A stretch of 64,000 bases of DNA, taken from a virus. This document shows positions 30,688 through 40,389 of the stretch, piece after piece. How positions within the stretch are numbered: position 1 is the stretch's first letter; each line of letters begins with the position of its first letter. Position numbers and translations under genes: made by a program. The stretch covers positions 26,622 to 90,621 of IMG/VR virus record IMGVR_UViG_3300023110_002336; one strand, 5' to 3'. The notes under the pieces were generated by a model. The model was not told the origin of the DNA. It saw only the letters and a program-made list of their open reading frames with translations, and did not search any database.

Positions 30688-31598
30688 GATTTTATTCCAT
30701 ACTTTTTAAAGTAAAGAGCATCAGCACCACCCCATGAAAACCAACCATCAAAATTGGTTCTTCCAAGGTTTCTTCTAAGATTGGGAGGCTTAGCAATCTT
30801 CCAAGGATTAAAAATTGCTACTTGCGATGCTCCACTTAAAGTAGCTGCCCACCAAGAAAATGTACTGTTATGTACAATAACTTTATCAAAACTTCTCAAA
30901 AGATTGAAATCATCAATGAAGCTGCCTCGCAGCCCACCAGTACCTCCCATCATTTCAGCCCCATTACAGTGAATAATTGGGTCTAGAGGTGTCAATTCCT
31001 CAACAAGATGATTCATGTATTCTAAAGACTGCTCAGTAGAAACCCATGGGGCTGTTCGATTGGGTCCTACTCTGATTTGATCTTGTATCTTTTTAATATC
31101 AGAAATAGTATATGGTTCCCACTTTTCAGCATCAGTGACAATGTGAAGTCTTTCAAAACTCATCTTGTTTAAAACTTCTTTTATAGAATCTGCAGTGATG
31201 TGATTTTTGTGATGAGACTCTTGTATCAATCTATTTTGCAAACGAAGGTGTAAGATAACATCCTTTCTATTTGTTATTTCAGATGGTGTATACCAAGTTC
31301 TTATTTCGTCAATATATGGTTTTATGATTTTATAATCTTCAAAGTAACCATTGATAACAAAATTTTGTTCTAAATTGATATCAGAGTTTAGACATTGTTT
31401 GTAGTTTGAATCGTTGATATAAAATACTGGAAGTTGTCTATTTGCAAAAGCTGTTTGCTCGGGAATACCAAGCTCAGGTATTGCTCTATGTAAAAGCTTG
31501 AGACCATTTTTTTCAGCAAATAATCTACCACATGCATATTGAAATAGGTTGTTTCCAAAACCAATTGTAAAATTTATTTGTACTACGCCTTTATTCAT
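30684..31598 (-). CDS. Alpha-1,2-fucosyltransferase-like (GT11)
   Basis: GFGNNLFQYA, GYFED, LHLR, NSTFSWWAA. Confidence 0.85.
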   Translation of the reverse strand: MNKGVVQINFTIGFGNNLFQYACGRLFAEKNGLKLLHRAIPELGIPEQTAFANRQLPVFYINDSNYKQCLNSDINLEQNFVINGYFEDYKIIKPYIDEIRTWYTPSEITNRKDVILHLRLQNRLIQESHHKNHITADSIKEVLNKMSFERLHIVTDAEKWEPYTISDIKKIQDQIRVGPNRTAPWVSTEQSLEYMNHLVEELTPLDPIIHCNGAEMMGGTGGLRGSFIDDFNLLRSFDKVIVHNSTFSWWAATLSGASQVAIFNPWKIAKPPNLRRNLGRTNFDGWFSWGGADALYFKKYGIKS

Positions 31599-32698
31599 CT
31601 TCTCTCCACATAAGCAAATAAATCATCATATATTTTTTTTAGATTTTGTATTACTTCTTCGGATTCTTCAATTGTAACCTTGACTCCATTTTTTGCCAGT
31701 GCATGAGCGAACCTTAGCTGCTGAGATTCTTCTAAAATTACTGTTCCTTTTTTGTATGTCACTGAATCTGTGAAGTATTCAGATTGTCCAGAGCTTAAAA
31801 ATTGCTCTACCTGAAAATCTAAATGTTTGCCATTGATATCAGTAGAAGCTTCGCACATGTCAAAAGGCATATCATTGTTCTTGGCAAGGCGCATGTAGGC
31901 TCTTGTGTCTCTAGGGAAACACGGACCACCCCACCCAAAGCCATATCTAAAAAACTTATTGTTTATTCGACTATCTGAGCCAACTGCGTGTAAAACTTTG
32001 TCAGGATTAGCCCCTATCTTTGTGGCTAGATCACCAACCATATTGGCGAAAGAAATCTTGCAAGTTAAGTAGCAATTGAGGGATACCTTCGTAAGCTCAG
32101 CACTTAGTCTATCCATAATGTGTATGGAGGGAGTATTAGTACAAGCATTTTTGTAAACAGATACAATCTCCTGTGCAAGTTCATCCGTATCGCTGCCTAT
32201 GTAAACACAATCTGGCTCAGATTGATTTTTTAGAATTGTTCCTTGAGCTATTGTTTCTGGATTAAAACTAACATTCCAGTTATATTCCCGTAATCTCTTG
32301 TATACAGTATCTGAATAACCGGGATTAACATTTGTGCAAACTACTAAATGCTTAGTATCTTTTTGCTTGCCAAGTTTCACTAGAGTATCTACAACAGAAT
32401 CGACTTGAGAAACATCGTATTGACCGTCTGGCTCTGAAAAAGATGCTACAGTAACGAAAAGAATATCCGAATGTGACACACAATCAGCAGCATCCGATGT
32501 GGCTCTAAAATTTTTTGACTTTGATAAGAGTTTATTTACTCCGGGCTCATGAGAAAAGAATGCTTTTTTATTGATTTCGTTTACATAATTTTCGATTATG
32601 TCATAGCCAACAACATTGTATCCAGCCTTTTCTAATGTTAGGCAGAAACAAAGACCGAGGCGACCGATTCCAATTACACTTATATTGTTTTTCATCAA
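31595..32698 (-). CDS. UDP-glucose/GDP-mannose dehydrogenase family protein
   Basis: GIGRLG, NPE, KISFAN, GGPCFPRD. Confidence 0.88.
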   Translation of the reverse strand: MMKNNISVIGIGRLGLCFCLTLEKAGYNVVGYDIIENYVNEINKKAFFSHEPGVNKLLSKSKNFRATSDAADCVSHSDILFVTVASFSEPDGQYDVSQVDSVVDTLVKLGKQKDTKHLVVCTNVNPGYSDTVYKRLREYNWNVSFNPETIAQGTILKNQSEPDCVYIGSDTDELAQEIVSVYKNACTNTPSIHIMDRLSAELTKVSLNCYLTCKISFANMVGDLATKIGANPDKVLHAVGSDSRINNKFFRYGFGWGGPCFPRDTRAYMRLAKNNDMPFDMCEASTDINGKHLDFQVEQFLSSGQSEYFTDSVTYKKGTVILEESQQLRFAHALAKNGVKVTIEESEEVIQNLKKIYDDLFAYVERR

Positions 32699-33309
32699 TA
32701 GTCCTTCATTTTATCTCTGATGATAGATACTATATCATCATTTTTCTGTGGAAGGTATTCCGTAAATCTATACAAATTTATATCATTTTCTTTTAGTAGT
32801 GTGTAGTAGGCATCGACTTTATCCTCAAGTTCTGATACCTTTTCTACATCGTGACCTTGCCCACAATATACATCAATGTGTTTATGTACTCCAGAATTTA
32901 CAAGATCATTAAACAAATACCACTCTGAGCCTTCAATGTTAACCTTTAAAATATTAAAAGCAATTTTGTGTGCTTTTACATTCTCTTTAATCCACTCTGA
33001 AAACACGATACCTTCAACTTCTTCATAGTTTTTGGATACGTTTCTTTTTGTTGAAAAAACAGAGTGACCGACGTGATTTGGGGCATGATAAAGCCTAACC
33101 ATTCGCGGAGTGTCAACTACAGCTTTGTTAATAATTTCAACCCGATCATTATCCTTGTACTTATTTTTTAAGGCATCAGCGTAATCCTTACAAGCCTCAA
33201 AACCATATACTTTATAGTCTGTGATATTGAGAGCAGGGAAGACATGATTGACCATCCAGTGTATCTCTGTTCCCTTCCATAATCCAAAATCATAGTAGTA
33301 AACTTTCAT
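32695..33309 (-). CDS. FkbM-family methyltransferase
   Basis: YDFG, YGFEA, LKVNIEGSE. Confidence 0.75.
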   Translation of the reverse strand: MKVYYYDFGLWKGTEIHWMVNHVFPALNITDYKVYGFEACKDYADALKNKYKDNDRVEIINKAVVDTPRMVRLYHAPNHVGHSVFSTKRNVSKNYEEVEGIVFSEWIKENVKAHKIAFNILKVNIEGSEWYLFNDLVNSGVHKHIDVYCGQGHDVEKVSELEDKVDAYYTLLKENDINLYRFTEYLPQKNDDIVSIIRDKMKDY

Positions 33310-34209
33310 TTAATCTTCCTTTAAAAAATTTAAGTATTTTTTGGCAACGATAGCCATTGATATTTTTGAATCAAAAGAGTTGCCAGTTATGTTGTTAAAC
33401 TCAAGGGCTGGAGGCTCGGGGCTCTCCAAAAAACTATAATCCCATTCTGGTTCGTTAACAATTGTTGCGCCTAAGCCTGCTATTTCTCGTGTTCCACCTG
33501 CAGATGAGCAAATGATATTACACCCGCAGGCGCGAGCGTCAATAACAACATTTGGACAGTGATCTAGATAAGCCAAATGAATAAAGTATTTTGAAATTTT
33601 ATATACCGACATGAGTTCAGATATTGATAGGTCACCAACGTAAAATATTCTTGGGTGCTCAATCACATAGTCAGGATTATTTCCACATACTATCAGACAA
33701 TCATTATCACCCGCAAAATTCAAGAAATACTTTACATTTTCTTTCAGTCTCTTGAAGGCGTGCCAGCTAGCAGCACAACTCCAAACATTATCAAAAGAAC
33801 TGTATCTGTTCTTTATTTGTTCTGATATCTCAAAATCAGATATTGATAATACATCGGCTCCATTATTTATGATGGCATAATTTGAATGTGAACCAAACCA
33901 TTTAAAAATCAATTCTTTATTGAAATTTGTTTGAAAGATCACACCTTTAGCATCATGATAGCTAGCTTTTATATTATGGTTCATTCTCTCGCAATCAAAA
34001 CCAGAATTGAAATATATACCATCTAATCTAAGATACATGTCCAAGTCCTTTCTTTGACCACTTGACTGTATAAAAGTAAGCTTCTTGTCGTAAGGAATCG
34101 AATTACTGAATTGTACTCCACGTAAACTAAGGTATTTTACTAACTTTTGTCCAAAATGATTAGGTCCAGAAGTCGATCTAAGATTAACGTTTTCTAGCAG
34201 AATATTCAT
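33310..34209 (-). CDS. Glycosyltransferase family 4
   Basis: RLDG, INNGAD, DHCPNVVIDARACG. Confidence 0.8.
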   Translation of the reverse strand: MNILLENVNLRSTSGPNHFGQKLVKYLSLRGVQFSNSIPYDKKLTFIQSSGQRKDLDMYLRLDGIYFNSGFDCERMNHNIKASYHDAKGVIFQTNFNKELIFKWFGSHSNYAIINNGADVLSISDFEISEQIKNRYSSFDNVWSCAASWHAFKRLKENVKYFLNFAGDNDCLIVCGNNPDYVIEHPRIFYVGDLSISELMSVYKISKYFIHLAYLDHCPNVVIDARACGCNIICSSAGGTREIAGLGATIVNEPEWDYSFLESPEPPALEFNNITGNSFDSKISMAIVAKKYLNFLKED

Positions 34210-34940
34210 AGTTTTTCTAATCTATCGTATGGTTTTATTTGTCTTATAAGTTTTTCTGTTAAAAGTTGATCATTTCTATTAACCCTATCATCTGACAATG
34301 GGTTTTTTCTATTGTAGCAGTATAACACTTCGTTTATCGAACGATGGTGTTCTGGTCCTGCCATCTCAGCCATAGGCCACATTATTGCTTGGTCACTTGT
34401 CGTAGCCCAGTATAGACCAGACGAATTCATTAGGTGCTTCTTTTTTATTCTATCATACAATTTCTTCTTAAAAGTTCCAAGATGAGAGAACTCCCAACTT
34501 TTTTGTCTTATGTTCCCAGACCAATAGTCATTGTTTAATCTTGGCTTAACCACAAAACCGTGTGGTTCAATAACATAAGAGCCATTTGTCATCCAAACAT
34601 TTGAATCTTGATAAATTTGATTTAAAAAACCAAGGACCTCTTTATTGTAGAACCAATCATCACCATCTAGAATTACTGTAATTGTGTCTTCAGGTAAAGA
34701 CTCATTTACAATCTCTAAGTTCTCCATTTTGCCTTTGTTGAAAGAGTTAAAAAATGTTACTATCTTATCGCTCTTGAAAGAAGAAACAATATCCACAGTT
34801 TTGTCTGTAGAGCAATCATCAACATAGTAAATTGTATAATTGTCGTATGATTGCCCTAAGACAGAACCTAAGTTTTTCTCAACCCATTCTTCGCAATTAT
34901 ATGAAGGAATGACAACAGAAAAATGATTATCTAACTTCAT
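34206..34940 (-). CDS. Glycosyltransferase family 2
   Basis: VVIPSYN, VDDCSTD, LDGDDW. Confidence 0.88.
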   Translation of the reverse strand: MKLDNHFSVVIPSYNCEEWVEKNLGSVLGQSYDNYTIYYVDDCSTDKTVDIVSSFKSDKIVTFFNSFNKGKMENLEIVNESLPEDTITVILDGDDWFYNKEVLGFLNQIYQDSNVWMTNGSYVIEPHGFVVKPRLNNDYWSGNIRQKSWEFSHLGTFKKKLYDRIKKKHLMNSSGLYWATTSDQAIMWPMAEMAGPEHHRSINEVLYCYNRKNPLSDDRVNRNDQLLTEKLIRQIKPYDRLEKL

Positions 34941-36972
34941 CCCAGAATACTTCCTTTCGATTCAACAGGTAACTCTTGATATCTTCTAAATTATCTGTAT
35001 TGAACCAATCCTCATTAGCGTGCTGAACATGCTCGTTTAGATGTAGTTCACATCCCAATAACTTAGCCTCAATAACAAATCTTGGACAAGTATCATAGCC
35101 TGTTGGCAAGAAGCATACACCCTTTGCCTTTGACATCCGTTCCAGCACCTCTTCTGGCTTAAGACCTGAAATCACTTCATAATCTAGATTGTTATCTTTG
35201 CACCACTTTTCAGATTGATTGCTTCCCTTAACCCAAGAACGAGAACCTAGCACAAGCCACTTATCAGTCTTCTCGTTTGAAGAATACTTCTCAAGATTTT
35301 CAAAGAAATCCGTGTTGAATGTGGAAGATAATACGACTAAGTTGTCACCAGTTAGGCTCTTCAAATCAGCAGCATGGATATCACGCTGAGCTTGTGACAT
35401 ATAGAAGGTCTTTATTGAGTTGTTGATAAACTTAGAAATTAACTTACCTCTTGGGGTTTCGCTATATTCACACTTTTCATCTTCAAGGAACTCATAAAGA
35501 ACTGGGTTCCTGTACTCACAGTACTTGTAATCATACTCGATAAAGTAGTAATTTGTAAGATTCTCGGCTGCAAAAGAAATAAGTTCTTCTGGTAACTGAG
35601 CTATATTACCAAATATCCATGTCTTATCCTTATTTAAGGAAAGCATGAGTTCAGAAACATTGGCTGAATTTACACGGGTAAAAGTTTTAGATTCAGGTAT
35701 TGAATCAATCAAGGTCTGTAAGCTCAGTTCAGCACCACCGATATACTGCTCTTGAAACATATCACTTACAAAAATACAGTCTTGTTCTATTACTATTCCA
35801 GCAAAGCCCATGGTTTTTACAAACTTTTCATACATCGCCTGCTCAGAGAAACGTTCGTGTAGTTGCTGAGCGTACTCATCGCGTCTCGTATTATTCTCAA
35901 AACAAGCACGCATCTGTTCCTTCGCAGAGCCCTCGCGAGCAAACGCCCACATGGAATCAGGGACTATGACCCCATCCCAAACAACCTCTTTCTGGACCGG
36001 CTGTAGATCGAAGGCGACGTTGTAAAATTGTTCCTTGCCCTCAGCATCAACCAAGAAATCTAACTGCCCAGACCAGCCTGTAGCGACTACAGGGAGATCT
36101 GAGTAAGCAGCTTCAAAGAGTGGAAGACCAAAGCCTTCGCCGTGGGGGAGAGAGACAAATGCATTGATTTGAGGATCACGATACAAGGAGTGCATTTCGG
36201 CGTCAGTCATGTCGCCGTGTAGGAGGAATACTTTGCACTGTCTCTCTCCCTGTTGACGAAGGAAGTTAGCAAGATCTACCATCAAGCGCTTGCGATCCAT
36301 CAAACAGTTCTTTGCAATGTTAGACTTAACTACAAGACCTACATCCTCATTGCGGAACTCTTCAATAAACCACTTAATGGTGTTTAGAAGGTTCTTTCTT
36401 GGCCCGAACTGAGCAACAGTAAGGAAGTTGAATGAAGTAGGTAAGTCTAGACCTAACTCTGGTAGAGTCTCGAAAGTCTTGACTGGGTATCCGACTGCTT
36501 CTATGGGGGTCTGGTTTCGTAGAGTTACCTGCTCACCAGTCTGCTGGTTTACTGCCTTATACTCGGTGCTCTCGAATACTTGCTTAGAGTGATTAGATAC
36601 AACTATAACCTTGTCCATCTCATTTGACTTCTGAAGCCACTGGTGAGCGATCTTGGTGGTCTCAATACCAGCAGTATATCCAATGTTTACCGGAGCAAGC
36701 TTCTGAAATTCATTTGGAATCGTTACTTGTAGAGAAATGTCGAACTGACCTCCCTGCTGAATGTAACCAATCGTCTTCTCAATAGTCTGGTCAATCCAAA
36801 TGCGCTCTTCATTCATTTCAGAAGTCCAAGATGTCTGCCCCCACTGGATGGGCTGAATGAAAACTTCAAAAAGGTCTTCGCGAGAACGCAAAGAACGAAG
36901 AGCAAAACGAGCCTGCTCGCCATAACCAGAGCGGGTTAGAAGCGGACCCTTGAGTAGAACTTTCTTTTTCAT
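34927..36972 (-). CDS. Tandem two-module GT-B (GT4-like) glycosyltransferase
   Basis: SGYG...GEGFGLPLFEAA, then a second module GGAEL...DTCPRFVIEAKLLG. Confidence 0.82.
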   Translation of the reverse strand: MKKKVLLKGPLLTRSGYGEQARFALRSLRSREDLFEVFIQPIQWGQTSWTSEMNEERIWIDQTIEKTIGYIQQGGQFDISLQVTIPNEFQKLAPVNIGYTAGIETTKIAHQWLQKSNEMDKVIVVSNHSKQVFESTEYKAVNQQTGEQVTLRNQTPIEAVGYPVKTFETLPELGLDLPTSFNFLTVAQFGPRKNLLNTIKWFIEEFRNEDVGLVVKSNIAKNCLMDRKRLMVDLANFLRQQGERQCKVFLLHGDMTDAEMHSLYRDPQINAFVSLPHGEGFGLPLFEAAYSDLPVVATGWSGQLDFLVDAEGKEQFYNVAFDLQPVQKEVVWDGVIVPDSMWAFAREGSAKEQMRACFENNTRRDEYAQQLHERFSEQAMYEKFVKTMGFAGIVIEQDCIFVSDMFQEQYIGGAELSLQTLIDSIPESKTFTRVNSANVSELMLSLNKDKTWIFGNIAQLPEELISFAAENLTNYYFIEYDYKYCEYRNPVLYEFLEDEKCEYSETPRGKLISKFINNSIKTFYMSQAQRDIHAADLKSLTGDNLVVLSSTFNTDFFENLEKYSSNEKTDKWLVLGSRSWVKGSNQSEKWCKDNNLDYEVISGLKPEEVLERMSKAKGVCFLPTGYDTCPRFVIEAKLLGCELHLNEHVQHANEDWFNTDNLEDIKSYLLNRKEVFWDEVR

Positions 36973-38237
36973 GCTACCTCCATTAAATGCCATCTATCGT
37001 AACCAGTCCTTGTTTCCCAAGAACCCATTTCGGCAGTGACCTTATCCATTAGCTCAATCCAAGACTTTTCAAAAGTCTCAAAGTTGTAAGATTTTAGCAC
37101 ATGCCTACGACCATGTGAAGCCATTTGGCGATATTTCTTGGTTGGATTCTTGAGCGCAGAAGTAAGCGCCTTATCAAAATCTCTTTGTGAGATTCTGTCC
37201 TCGTAGATGTATGGAACCTGTAGAGAGCCAATAACTGTCTTTGAGGAAGGTTCGATGCCAAAGCCAAACCAGTTCTTGCCGTCAGTTACCTGCTCTTGTA
37301 GACCGCCTGTCATGTTAACAATGATGGGAGTACCACAAGAAAGTGACTCAAGAGTTGCTAAACCAAAGCCCTCAGCATCAGAAATGTTGATGGTGTAATC
37401 AGCCATTCGGTAAAGATTAGCAAGCTCTTGTGGGTTCACTTTCGTTGTCGAAAGCAGAACTTGGCCTTGGTCCAGCCCAAGATGCTGAATAAGATGTGGT
37501 AGATCTTGTCCGTGCGGATCTCGTGGATCTGTGTGCATTAGGAGCATAGCCTTATCATGGCCAACCTTATCTAACCACTCTTTGAACCACCAGATGAGAG
37601 TACCGCTCTGCTTACGACGGGCATTACGGTTGTTCCAGAAAAAGATCTTCTTTTTTGTCTTACCCTGTGTTACTCTCTCGCGGAGTGACTCAGCAGCACG
37701 TTCTTCCTCTTCGTTTGAAGCTGGGTGGAAGAAAGTTTCATTTACTGCATGGGGTAGGTAACAAGACTGAACATCAGGCGCAACCTGCTCAACAATTGCA
37801 TGTGTAACCTTTGAAATACAAGCAACAACATCTGTAGAGTTGTAAAAGTCAGCATTGAACTTGGGTGCCGGGAAGTTATCCCAAACATGGTAATAAACCA
37901 TTGGAATATTCGCACGAACCTCATTCTCTATCTCCCATAGCCAGCCATAGAATCGTGGGTCGGTCATAAACCAGAGAACGTCAGGGCGCTCCTTTTGAAG
38001 AATGGAGCGAATAATCTCATGGTTTCCATAACCATCGATCGGGAAGATGCGCCAGTCATCACCCCAAGGATCTACTCTCTGGGGGGTGTAATCCTTATGC
38101 TTGACAGCCCCGCCAAGACAAACGAACTGGTAGCGTCCGGTCTTCAGCAGGGCTTCTATCATATACTTAGTCTGTGTCCCAACACCAGATGGGGACAGTG
38201 GATGGTCTGATAAGACCAAAACCTTTTTCTTTGTCAT
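36969..38237 (-). CDS. Glycosyltransferase family 4
   Basis: NRNARRK and EGFGLATLESLSCGTP. Confidence 0.88.
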   Translation of the reverse strand: MTKKKVLVLSDHPLSPSGVGTQTKYMIEALLKTGRYQFVCLGGAVKHKDYTPQRVDPWGDDWRIFPIDGYGNHEIIRSILQKERPDVLWFMTDPRFYGWLWEIENEVRANIPMVYYHVWDNFPAPKFNADFYNSTDVVACISKVTHAIVEQVAPDVQSCYLPHAVNETFFHPASNEEEERAAESLRERVTQGKTKKKIFFWNNRNARRKQSGTLIWWFKEWLDKVGHDKAMLLMHTDPRDPHGQDLPHLIQHLGLDQGQVLLSTTKVNPQELANLYRMADYTINISDAEGFGLATLESLSCGTPIIVNMTGGLQEQVTDGKNWFGFGIEPSSKTVIGSLQVPYIYEDRISQRDFDKALTSALKNPTKKYRQMASHGRRHVLKSYNFETFEKSWIELMDKVTAEMGSWETRTGYDRWHLMEVA

Positions 38238-38245
38238 TTATTCCT

Positions 38246-39004
38246 CTATCGACAATGTTCCGTTTTGTTAAAAACACAAAACTTGCAAGAAAGTCTGTTC
38301 TTAATGTACCGCTTGTTCTTGATATTGTATAGTGCTTTTTTCAACAATTTTAGAGCGTTCTCTGTCTTACGTGGTCCGGAGGTCACTCTAAAGAATTCTA
38401 CACGATCCTTCTTGGATGTTCTCTTAAGTAGTGCAAAATGAGTTTCAATGTTCTTTGGATCGATATCCATCTTCTGAGCAAAGTAATGCTTGTATAGAGT
38501 TAGCTGGTATGTGGTCATAGGTGCATTACGACGCTTGGCATCCCAACCCCAAGAACAAGTCTTCCAGTCGAAGATGTGTACCTTGCCATCAGGTGTGGCC
38601 ACAACACCATCGATAAAGCCCTTGAAGACATACTCGTCTTCGTCTTCAATCTTCTCGTCAAGAGGAATCTCAGAGCCTAGGACTTCGTATTCTCCGAAGT
38701 AATCTGCAAGCGCATCTTCAATCTCAGGCAGAATAGCCTTGCCCTGCGAGCGCATTTCCTCAACCAGTTTAGCGTCCTGCTCTTCGTCAAGTTCGCCAAG
38801 AAAGTGCTCAAAGCGTCGGATAAACAGATCATTCTCATCTACCTCTTCTTTTAGAAGTTTCTTCTCGCAGACTTCGTGGATGGCGTTACCGAAGGCAGTG
38901 TAGGCGTTGCCTTCAAATCCTCCGATGTTATCGATGCGAGTTAGCTTGTGGTACCAAGCGCAAAAGTTCCAGTCCTTCAATGCCGAAAATGAAATGTGAG
39001 GCAT
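38246..39004 (-). CDS. Cas4-like/RecB-family PD-(D/E)xK exonuclease with Fe-S cysteines
   Basis: SFS..C, GNAIH, GFID, DWKT, QLTLY, CKFC...C; probable start MPHISF after GGAG. Confidence 0.85.
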   Translation of the reverse strand: MPHISFSALKDWNFCAWYHKLTRIDNIGGFEGNAYTAFGNAIHEVCEKKLLKEEVDENDLFIRRFEHFLGELDEEQDAKLVEEMRSQGKAILPEIEDALADYFGEYEVLGSEIPLDEKIEDEDEYVFKGFIDGVVATPDGKVHIFDWKTCSWGWDAKRRNAPMTTYQLTLYKHYFAQKMDIDPKNIETHFALLKRTSKKDRVEFFRVTSGPRKTENALKLLKKALYNIKNKRYIKNRLSCKFCVFNKTEHCR

Positions 39005-39024
39005 AATAATCTCCTTATGCCTAT

Positions 39025-39053
39025 AATATAACACCCCACACGGATGCTGTCAA
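39025..39053 (-). promoter_or_regulatory. Sigma70-type promoter
   Basis: TTGACA-N17-TATATT with extended TG, upstream of the nuclease gene. Confidence 0.75.
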
Positions 39054-39742
39054 GTCTGATCGAGCTTATGAAGCTGAACTAATTTTTTGTATAGCTCTGG
39101 AGATGTCTTCTGGAGGTAATTGTGGCTGTCAGGATAAAGATAAAATTCTGTAAAGCCTGTTGCAAAATACTCTCGCAAAGACGTGGCAGCGTATGGCGTG
39201 ACCATGATTCCCTTCAAAATCTCTGACAACTTGTCGTACCCAATATCATCTAGAAGAAATTGGTCAAATTCTTGGTCATACTCTGTATCGAAGAACATTT
39301 CTCGTGGAGCCTTGAAACCCATGTTCCATAGGACGTTGTAAAGGTGCATTCTCTTTCTCAAGAATTCATCCTTGAGTTCTTGGTCTCCGTAGATCTCCAT
39401 TCCGTACTGCTCTTCGACGGAGTGGGCTGTCTCATGGACCAGATCATCCAGAAGGTCATCGTTGTCGCTCTGGATATTTGAGACGTAGAGGGCACCGTCT
39501 TTGTAAAATGCATTGATGTCGCGCTCTTCAAACTCATCAAAGCTACCAATAATAATCATCTCTATACCATCACGAATGTGGTCAGGTAGCTTTGCTTCGA
39601 GATTGGCAATCACAGCCTCAAGATCTACGAGGTCATTCATCATCGCGTCTTTGGTAAAGACGTGTATACCATTAGGGGTATAAAAATTATTTGACTCTTC
39701 AAGCATCTTCTGGCGCTGTTGTATGTAATTTACTAGCATCAT
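39050..39742 (-). CDS. Zincin metallopeptidase (HExxH plus downstream E)
   Basis: HETAH and REYFATGF. Confidence 0.7.
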   Translation of the reverse strand: MMLVNYIQQRQKMLEESNNFYTPNGIHVFTKDAMMNDLVDLEAVIANLEAKLPDHIRDGIEMIIIGSFDEFEERDINAFYKDGALYVSNIQSDNDDLLDDLVHETAHSVEEQYGMEIYGDQELKDEFLRKRMHLYNVLWNMGFKAPREMFFDTEYDQEFDQFLLDDIGYDKLSEILKGIMVTPYAATSLREYFATGFTEFYLYPDSHNYLQKTSPELYKKLVQLHKLDQT

Positions 39743-39962
39743 CTAGTCCTTGTTGGTAGCCTCTAATCCAGTTTTCCTCAGCCATAATCATAACGAACTC
39801 TGGAAATTCGTGGGCAAGAGTGTCTACAATCATTTGGACTGTGACTTCAAACTCACCTTCATCTTCTTCTGTCGCAAACTTGTTTCCCACATACTCTAGT
39901 AGCATTTGCTTCAGTGGATTTTCTGGGGCAACTGCGACCGCTGCAAGGTTTTCTGTATTCAT
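39699..39962 (-). CDS. Hypothetical protein
   Basis: 87-aa ORF, SD GGAG. Confidence 0.6.
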   Translation of the reverse strand: MNTENLAAVAVAPENPLKQMLLEYVGNKFATEEDEGEFEVTVQMIVDTLAHEFPEFVMIMAEENWIRGYQQGLDDASKLHTTAPEDA

Positions 39963-40389
39963 ATTTTCTCCGTGTTCTTAGTAAGTAATCCGCTAAGGGA
40001 TGAACTACACACCAGTTCTTGTCTTGGTCTTTGCCCATGTGGTGGTCGTAATGCCACCGCAAGTACTTGTAACACCAATCAGGATTCTTGTGTGCGTAAC
40101 TGTGAATAACTAAATAGAACATAGCATGTAGAAACATTCCTGTGTAGGCTATGGGTGAAACGAACATTATTGGAGATAACAAGAAACATAAGAAAAAGAC
40201 CCCAACGACTTCTCTTAAAGAGACTTTGGGATCTAGGAATTTGTTTTTTCTTGCCTCGCGATGATGGACGCCCCAGTGAAATGAGAACACGGACGCCTTC
40301 TTCTTACCGAGATCATGTAAAAAGAATTTATGAACAATCCACTCTAGAAAGTTCCCGAGAAATAAACCTAGAATGAATTGCCAAACCAT
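39859..40389 (-). CDS. Fatty acid hydroxylase/sterol desaturase family membrane protein
   Basis: His boxes HKFFLH, HWGVHH, HSYAH and HYDHH, plus TM segments. Confidence 0.8.
   Translation of the reverse strand: MVWQFILGLFLGNFLEWIVHKFFLHDLGKKKASVFSFHWGVHHREARKNKFLDPKVSLREVVGVFFLCFLLSPIMFVSPIAYTGMFLHAMFYLVIHSYAHKNPDWCYKYLRWHYDHHMGKDQDKNWCVVHPLADYLLRTRRKYEYRKPCSGRSCPRKSTEANATRVCGKQVCDRRR

Noticed and set aside
38246-39004. CRISPR-Cas system suggested by the Cas4-like nuclease
   Set aside because: I saw no repeat-spacer array or other cas genes, and solo Cas4-like nucleases are common in phages.
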